Source of the DNA: Gaiellales bacterium
GTDB lineage: Bacteria; Actinomycetota; Thermoleophilia; Gaiellales; JAICJC01
Reading direction: 5' to 3'
DNA length: 45,958 nt
Assembly (NCBI GenBank): GCA_035456145.1
Contig: DATIDU010000340.1
Span: forward strand, 1-45,958
Shown one piece after another: positions 41,201-45,958 of this stretch; position 1 is the stretch's first letter, and each line of letters begins with the position of its first letter. A model generated the notes under the pieces. The model did not search any database and was not told the origin of the DNA. It saw only the letters and a program-made list of their open reading frames with translations. The position numbers and the translations under genes are program-made.

Positions 41201-41725
41201 CTCGCCGTCATGGCGCCCACCTTCGCCTCCACCGATCCGCTGTGGGCCGGCTACGCCGACGGTTGGCGGGCCAGGCTTCGAGTCGCGGTCGGTGACGCGC
41301 GCGGAGGGTTGGAGCAGGCGCGGGCCGTGTTCGCTTGGGCGCCGGCGTGGCCGCGCCTGCACGCGGCCGCCATCGTCATCGAAGCCCTGTCCGCCGCCGG
41401 CGATCACGACGGGCTTGCCGCCTTCCTCCCGGTCGCCCGCGGGCTGGACGGTGGTCTGGCACTGCTTCCTCCGACCTGCGACCGGGCGGAGGGGGACGTC
41501 GCGGCGGCCGGAGGCGACGCTGCTGCCGCTCGCCGCCTGTGGATGCGGGCGCTCGAGGGCTTCGAGCGGCTCGGCGTCCCGTACGAGGCCGCCCGGACGA
41601 GGGAGCGGCTCGCCGCCGCATCCGCCGAGGATGTCGCCGCGGCGCTCCTGGAGAACGCTCTCGCAACCTACGAGCGAATGAGAGCGGCCCCCTCGGCCGA
41701 GCGCGTGCGCACGGCGCTGGCGTAG
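38246..41725 (+). CDS. zinc-ribbon / class III adenylate-guanylate cyclase / STAND (AAA_16) ATPase / TPR-like protein, no DNA-binding domain (1159 aa)
   Basis: The zinc ribbon is CTRCGQENPEGARFCNACAAPL. Cyclase motifs are ATMVFADLAGST, KYIGDAVLAVFG, VRVGVNTGEVI and GDAVNVAARLEQ. Walker A is CGPAGIGKSRL and Walker B is LVLVFEDLHWAD. A helical-repeat C-terminal region of about 600 aa follows. There is no LuxR-type HTH at the end. Confidence 0.9.
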   Translation: MTICTRCGQENPEGARFCNACAAPLGGIERGEERKLATMVFADLAGSTELGGRLDPERLRSLLQRYFAAVAACVDSWGGTVEKYIGDAVLAVFGVPAAREDDAERAVRAALEIVQRLEELNPGFERHYGVTLRVRVGVNTGEVIAPASADASQAIVAGDAVNVAARLEQAARPGTVLVGRRTHAATRRAFRFEDPIALTLKGKEGTVDGYRVLGPEAGMEGMRAPIGLTTGMVGRGREIDALMTSLDQAAAANQVRTVFVCGPAGIGKSRLVQEFVDRAGRLEPGPAVYRGRCLAAGRGITYWALGEILRSAFGIALDDPSEEAGDKLRNGVREGLTHAGATNDEVQSMTYALAASASLSLPGSPLERVQPQEVGEHIARAWPRLVTALAGRGPLVLVFEDLHWADDRLMDMLHTLAVRPQGPVLLVATARPDGPDVLALSDRIPGAVTIGLDALSEAESGELVTGLLSGAELPSGLRGQILGRAEGNPLFLEELVGRLIDEGALVREGDRWVAAPGAGLAVLPDTVHAVLSARLDWLPPDEKRAIQEASVVGRSFWAEPVARALPQVGVGHCLAELERKGFLTAQPASSFAGQAEFQFRHALIRDVAYESLSRARRARAHAEVAAWMTSVSGGRAEEVAELVAHHYSAAVTGDADLAWLDEPDRRDAIAGRAFDALRFAGTVARRRYAVERAVELHEQAIALAPNRAARARALEALGDDHDAVLHGDAALSAYREAISVLRGEPAAEDRRGRICMKAARMILEKSGAFSAAMEPALIDELVSEGLACASDRDIRAWLRALWGATAIWWVNAGAELSSLDERVESLSASLLAARGASLPELEAFAQEYLCEIHMARGAYGEVAELSRSTGVFDRMASPAGCSLGLVETAIWARDVAGEPERALALGMRAFDIARDLSPHDLMHATGFVIPALYQLGRWLELDPVLDEHVAAFADEADATCELLHGGILAGATRFAQGGDLEKADELAVMAPTFASTDPLWAGYADGWRARLRVAVGDARGGLEQARAVFAWAPAWPRLHAAAIVIEALSAAGDHDGLAAFLPVARGLDGGLALLPPTCDRAEGDVAAAGGDAAAARRLWMRALEGFERLGVPYEAARTRERLAAASAEDVAAALLENALATYERMRAAPSAERVRTALA

Positions 41726-41767
41726 CGCGGCCACGATTGGAACGTGCGGCCTCTGCCGCCAGATCAG

Positions 41768-42559
41768 CTAGCCGCCCGGCGGGGCGGCCTGTCCGATCGC
41801 ATCGAGCAGCGCCTCGTCGATGCCGCGGAAGCTGGTCGTCACCTCATCGGCGGCGGCGAAGCCGACCGATTCGTAGAGGCGGCGACCAGCCGGTGTCGCG
41901 ATCAGCATGGCGAACCGCGTGTCCGCCGACCAGGTGTCCGCGAGGGCGGCCGTCAGCAGTGCGCGGCCGGCGCCCCGGCGCTGGTGCCGGCGCGGTGTCA
42001 TCATCGACCAGACACCGATGGCGCCGTCGCCGCGGAGCAACCACACCGCGCTGATCGGCTCCGCGCCGTCCCAGGCCAGCCAGAGCTCGATCACGTCTCG
42101 GGGCGTGCACGCGAGCGTGCGCTCGAGCATGTCGCCGTCGACCTCGTGCGCCTCCGACGAGATGGCGATGCCGCGGTCGATCTCGTCCTCGGCGGCGCGG
42201 CGGATGCAGAAGGGGGCGGCCGTCGGCGCCGGCGGCCGCGTGCAGACCATCACCGCCTCACGCTCCGGCGCTGTCGAGAATCCGAGCTGCTGGAGCCGGG
42301 TGGTCGTGGAGGGGTCGGCCAGCTGGGAACGGAAGATCACCGCGGGCAGGTCAGGCCCGAGCACACCGACCAGTTCGTCCGCCGCCGCGGCGCCCGCCCC
42401 CGGCGTCAGCGCACACATGTTCAACTCGGCGGACTGCTCGCCGGAGACGAGCGCATACCAGCCGTCGCCGCGCCGGGACGATCCGGCCGGGCCAATTGTC
42501 ATGCGGCCCAGCGCGAAGTGGGCATCCCACACAGCCTGCACGGGCGGCGACTGTTCCAA
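41768..42559 (-). CDS. GNAT-family N-acetyltransferase (263 aa)
   Basis: The acetyl-CoA-binding motif is PRRHQRRGAGRALLTAALAD, followed by LIATPAGRRLYESVGF. The size is consistent with a two-lobed GNAT. Confidence 0.8.
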   Translation of the reverse strand: MEQSPPVQAVWDAHFALGRMTIGPAGSSRRGDGWYALVSGEQSAELNMCALTPGAGAAAADELVGVLGPDLPAVIFRSQLADPSTTTRLQQLGFSTAPEREAVMVCTRPPAPTAAPFCIRRAAEDEIDRGIAISSEAHEVDGDMLERTLACTPRDVIELWLAWDGAEPISAVWLLRGDGAIGVWSMMTPRRHQRRGAGRALLTAALADTWSADTRFAMLIATPAGRRLYESVGFAAADEVTTSFRGIDEALLDAIGQAAPPGG

Positions 42560-42579
42560 TGAGGCGGAATACTGTCACG

Positions 42580-42599
42580 GAGCCGGCGGCCGCCGGCTC
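42580..42599. promoter_or_regulatory. 20-bp perfect palindrome in the GNAT / arylsulfatase divergent intergenic region (candidate operator)
   Basis: gagccggcggccgccggctc is its own reverse complement. It lies 21 nt upstream of the GNAT start and 135 nt upstream of the sulfatase start. Confidence 0.3.
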
Positions 42600-42733
42600 A
42601 TGGCCGCGGAGCATGACCACGTAGTCATCCCTTGCGGATGATGGCTTTCGCGGCCCGGGCCCTAGCATGTGTTGTTCGGGTACGAACGTGTGCCGCAGCC
42701 ACCTGAACGTCGAGAGACGAGAGGAGCGGACAG

Positions 42734-45139
42734 ATGCCTGACTCAGGAATCGACCGCACCAGACTCCCGATCCGACGGCCACCGTTTGCAGGCGCGACCA
42801 AGCGGACGCTCGCCGGTTCGGCGCCGGACTGGAGCCAAGCGAGCCATGTGCAGCCGCCCGATGGTGCGCCGAATGTGCTGCTGGTCCTGATCGACGACGC
42901 GGGCTTCGGCAACCCGAGCACCTTCGGCGGGCCGATCCAGACGCCGAACTACACTCGGCTTGCCGAGAACGGGCTGCGCTATAACCGCTTCCACGTGACG
43001 GCGCTCTGCTCGCCGACCAGGGCGGCGCTGATCACGGGGCGCAACCACCACCGGGTCGGCTTCGGCATGGTCGGTGAGTTCTCGGGCCCGTTCCCGGGGT
43101 ACAACGCCACGATCCCCCATGATTGCGCGCCGTTTCCACGCATCCTCCAGGAGAACGGCTACCTGACGGGAGGGTTCGGCAAGTGGCACCTGACTCCGGA
43201 CGACCAGCAAGGGTTCTCGGGACCGTTCGACCGCTGGCCGACCCGGCTCGGGTTCGACTACTTCTGGGGCTTCCTCGGCGGTGAGGCCGGGCAGTACGAC
43301 CCCCTGATCGCGGAGAACCAGAAGATCATCGGCGTCCCCGAGGCTAAGGACGGCGAGTCGTACTACTTCCAGGACGATCTTGCCGACAAGACGATCGACT
43401 GGCTCCACAAGGTTCGCTCCGAGAAGCAGAAGACGCCGTGGTTCGCCTACGTCGCAACCGGCTGCAGCCACGCGCCGCACCATGTGCCGCGCAAGTGGTC
43501 TGACACGTACCGCGGCGCGTTCGACCAGGGCTGGGACGTGATGCGCGAGGAGACGTTCGCGCGGCAGAAGGAGCTCGGCGTCGTTCCCGCCGACGCGGAA
43601 CTGCCGCCGCGCAACGACGCCTTCCCGACGTGGGACTCGCTCGACGAAACGCACAAGCGCCTGTACGCCCGGCAGATGGAGGTGTACGCGGGCTACTCCG
43701 AAAACGCCGACTGGAACATCGGCCGGATCGTCGACGCGATCGACGAGATGGGCGAGCTCGAGAACACCGTCGTGATCTGGATCTGGGGCGACAACGGCGC
43801 CAGCATGGAGGGCACGCTCACGGGCACGTTCAACGAGTTGACGACGCTGAACGGGATCCCGCTCACGCCCGAGGAGCAGATCGGACTGATCTTCAAGCAC
43901 GGCGGCCTCGAGGCGTGGGGCGACGATCAGCTCGCCCCGCATTACTCGGCCGGATGGGCCTGGGCCGGCAACGCTCCCTTCGACTGGGGCAAGCAGGTCG
44001 CCTCGCATCTCGGCGGCACCCGAAACCCGATGGTCGTGCACTGGCCGGGCGGCATCGATGCCACGGGCGAGGTCCGCGACCACTACACGCACGTGACCGA
44101 CGTCGGCGCCACGATCCTCGACCTCGCCGGGATCCCGATGCCCGACGCGATCGACGGCGTCGCGCAGCAGCCGTTCGACGGTGCCACCTTCGCCGACTCG
44201 CTCGCGGACGCGGCCGCTCCGGAGCGGCACACCCAGCAGTACTACGAGATCCTCGGCAACCGCGGCATGTACAAGGACGGCTGGCTGCTGGCCCAGCGGA
44301 TGCAGCGGATCCCGTGGGAGTTCGATCCGGACAAGCTGCGCGAGTTCGGCCCGGGCTGGGATCCTGATGACGACCCGGTCGAGCTCTACTACCTGCCCGA
44401 CGACTTCACGCAGTCAAGGAACATCGCGGCCGACCATCCGGAGAAAGTGACGGAGCTTCGCGAGCTCTTCTGGGCGGAGGCCGAGGCCAACAACGTCCTG
44501 CCGCTGCTCGGCGGACTGACGTCCTTCTTCGGCATGGTGCCACCGGTACCGGAGGAATCGAAGTTCGTCTTCCGCGGAGACATCCAGAACATCCCCAGCG
44601 GCATGATCCCGCGGATCTACAACCACTCGTACACGATCAGCGCCGACCTGGTCATCCCCGAAGGCGGGGCGGAGGGCGTGATCGTCGCCGAAGCCGACCA
44701 TCTCGGCGGGTTCGCGCTCTTTGTGCAGGACGGGAGGCTGAAGCACACCTACTCGATGCTCGGCGTGCTCGAGTACACCCAGGCGGCCGAGCGGCCGCTG
44801 CCGACCGGGAATGTCAACGTCGAGCTCGTCTTCACGGCGGACGCGTCGAAGCCGGCGACCGGAGGTGAGGTGACGCTTCTCGTCAACGGGGAGCCGGTCG
44901 CGAACGGACGGATGGAGCACACCGTGCCGGGCCGCTTCTCGGGCTACTCCGGCATGGACATCGGTTGCGACAACGGCCTCGTCGTCGACCGCAGCTACGC
45001 CGACAAGGCGCCCTTCGCGTTCACGGGCGAGATCAAGCAGGTCGTCTTCGACGTCGCCCCGCACCTGAGCGAGGAGGACGCACGCGCACTCAACGAGCAT
45101 GCCGCCCAGGCCCTCGCGGCCCACGCGGCGAGCGCCTGA
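42734..45139 (+). CDS. arylsulfatase, type I (Cys-type formylglycine) sulfatase, large AtsA-like form (801 aa)
   Basis: GAGGAG RBS upstream. PNVLLVLIDDAGFGN is present. The formylglycine signature is LCSPTRAALITGRNHH. GKWHL and IWIWGDNG are also present. Confidence 0.95.
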   Translation: MPDSGIDRTRLPIRRPPFAGATKRTLAGSAPDWSQASHVQPPDGAPNVLLVLIDDAGFGNPSTFGGPIQTPNYTRLAENGLRYNRFHVTALCSPTRAALITGRNHHRVGFGMVGEFSGPFPGYNATIPHDCAPFPRILQENGYLTGGFGKWHLTPDDQQGFSGPFDRWPTRLGFDYFWGFLGGEAGQYDPLIAENQKIIGVPEAKDGESYYFQDDLADKTIDWLHKVRSEKQKTPWFAYVATGCSHAPHHVPRKWSDTYRGAFDQGWDVMREETFARQKELGVVPADAELPPRNDAFPTWDSLDETHKRLYARQMEVYAGYSENADWNIGRIVDAIDEMGELENTVVIWIWGDNGASMEGTLTGTFNELTTLNGIPLTPEEQIGLIFKHGGLEAWGDDQLAPHYSAGWAWAGNAPFDWGKQVASHLGGTRNPMVVHWPGGIDATGEVRDHYTHVTDVGATILDLAGIPMPDAIDGVAQQPFDGATFADSLADAAAPERHTQQYYEILGNRGMYKDGWLLAQRMQRIPWEFDPDKLREFGPGWDPDDDPVELYYLPDDFTQSRNIAADHPEKVTELRELFWAEAEANNVLPLLGGLTSFFGMVPPVPEESKFVFRGDIQNIPSGMIPRIYNHSYTISADLVIPEGGAEGVIVAEADHLGGFALFVQDGRLKHTYSMLGVLEYTQAAERPLPTGNVNVELVFTADASKPATGGEVTLLVNGEPVANGRMEHTVPGRFSGYSGMDIGCDNGLVVDRSYADKAPFAFTGEIKQVVFDVAPHLSEEDARALNEHAAQALAAHAASA

Positions 45140-45162
45140 GGCAGACGCGAGAGAGGAGCACC

Positions 45163-45681
45163 ATGAGTGACAAGGAGCAGCTGGACGTTCTCGTCGCCGT
45201 CTACCTCATCCCCGACCTGGCGCAGGAGGACTTCGACGCCTACACGAAGCTCGCAAGCGACGGCAAGATCGTTACCGATGGGGTCGCGGTCGTCATCAAG
45301 GACGCCGACGGCGAGGTGCACGTCCAGGAGACCGGCGACCACCTCGGCCGCAGGGGAGGCGAGGCCGGCGCCGGCGCCGGCCTCGTGATCGGGCTCTTCG
45401 CCCCGCCGCTCCTGGCCGCGACCGCCGTCGGCGCTGCCGCCGGCGCACTCGCGGGGAAGTTCGCCCGCCATCGGGTGCAGGCCGGTATCGGCGACAAGCT
45501 CGATGATGCGCTGCCGCCCGGTTCGGCCGGCATCATCGCGATCCACGAGCACAGCGGGGCCGAGGTCGTCGCGAGCACGCTCGCCAACGCGATCCGCACC
45601 TCGATCGCCCAGATCGACAAGGCTTCGGCGAAGGAGCTGAAAGCCGGCCTGACGGAGGCATCCGCGGGACTCGCGGGCTGA
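45163..45681 (+). CDS. DUF1269-like membrane protein (172 aa)
   Basis: GAGAGGAG RBS upstream. The N-terminal soluble domain is LDVLVAVYLIPDLAQEDFDAYTKL...VVIKDADGEVHVQE. A Gly/Ala-rich TM follows (GAGAGLVIGLFAPPLLAATAVGAAAGALAG). The second soluble half is GSAGIIAIHEH. Confidence 0.65.
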   Translation: MSDKEQLDVLVAVYLIPDLAQEDFDAYTKLASDGKIVTDGVAVVIKDADGEVHVQETGDHLGRRGGEAGAGAGLVIGLFAPPLLAATAVGAAAGALAGKFARHRVQAGIGDKLDDALPPGSAGIIAIHEHSGAEVVASTLANAIRTSIAQIDKASAKELKAGLTEASAGLAG

Positions 45682-45690
45682 AGGAGGACG

Positions 45691-45958
45691 ATGATCCAGT
45701 TGATCGCAGGGTTGCCCGACGCGGTCGTCGGGATCGAAGCCGTCGGGAAGGTCGAGTCCGCCGACTACGACACGACCGCGGCCCCGGCCGTGAGGCGCGC
45801 GCTGGAGCGACACCCGAAGATCCGCCTCATCCACGTGCTCGATGACCGCTTCACCGGCTACACCGCGGGCGGCGCGTGGCAGGACGCCGTGCTTGGGCTC
45901 GCCAATGCACGCTCCTTCGACCGCATCGCCGTCGTCTCGGACTCAGAGAGCATCCGCC
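45691..45958 (+). CDS. SpoIIAA-like / STAS-fold (DUF3478-type) protein, partial (runs off the right edge)
   Basis: AAGGAGG RBS lies 3 nt before ATG 45691. MIQLIAGLPDAVVGIEAVGKVESADYD...HPKIRLIHVLDDRFTGYTAGGAWQD...FDRIAVVSD matches that family's pattern. There is no stop before the window end. Confidence 0.6.
   Translation, partial: MIQLIAGLPDAVVGIEAVGKVESADYDTTAAPAVRRALERHPKIRLIHVLDDRFTGYTAGGAWQDAVLGLANARSFDRIAVVSDSESIR

Noticed and set aside
1-45958. Scan for CRISPR arrays, rRNA or tRNA genes, transposases, integrases, reverse transcriptases, restriction-modification or toxin-antitoxin pairs
   Set aside because: There are no regularly spaced direct repeats and no structural RNA signatures. 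No ORF has DDE, tyrosine/serine recombinase, RT (YxDD), methyltransferase or typical TA motifs. The only mobile-element-like features are the two palindromic elements reported above.

Overview
Very GC-rich (about 70% by eye) chromosomal segment of actinobacterial type. It is densely coding, with about 43 supportable CDS or pseudogenes, most with GGAGG-like RBS and strong third-position GC bias. I found no rRNA, tRNA, CRISPR array, transposase, integrase or phage structural gene, so this reads as core or accessory metabolism plus a large envelope and signalling component, not a classical mobile island.

Gene content from left to right:
- a partial PLP-decarboxylase and a cupin
- a tightly coupled three-gene module: GltD-like Fe-S flavoprotein, pyruvate:ferredoxin oxidoreductase (PFOR) and a cysteine-free dihydroorotate dehydrogenase (DHOD)-like protein
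- a fusion of a cyclic nucleotide-binding (cNMP, CNB) domain, a Grx-like domain and a thioredoxin reductase (TrxR)-like domain that lacks the redox CxxC
- a secreted 7-blade PD40 propeller protein
- a MacB-type ABC pair, a PepSY protein, an HtrA protease and an OmpR-type two-component system (probable envelope-stress locus)
- xthA, a divergent arginase-family protein, and secreted LamG, S55-like and FG-GAP-like proteins
- an orphan, frameshifted HisKA_3 kinase
- holin-4_2-like and DUF1345-like membrane proteins, and an MDR quinone oxidoreductase
- an LCP-like membrane protein plus a Hanks-type kinase
- a cNMP-binding protein translationally coupled to a small tail-anchored protein
- HAD, YihY, a second membrane-anchored HtrA, and a 1159-aa zinc-ribbon / class III cyclase / STAND / TPR protein
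- GNAT, a Cys-type arylsulfatase, DUF1269-like and a partial SpoIIAA-like gene

Non-genic structure:
- two long palindromic elements sit exactly at gene 3' ends (716-844 and 9811-10011)
- three hairpin terminators (one weak) and a few candidate operators

Most worth following up:
- the PFOR redox module
- the protease plus cyclase-STAND pair together with the split CNB / membrane-protein operon
- the CxxC-less CNB-TrxR fusion
- the palindromic elements

All family calls rest on motif recognition by eye. No homology search or folding could be run.
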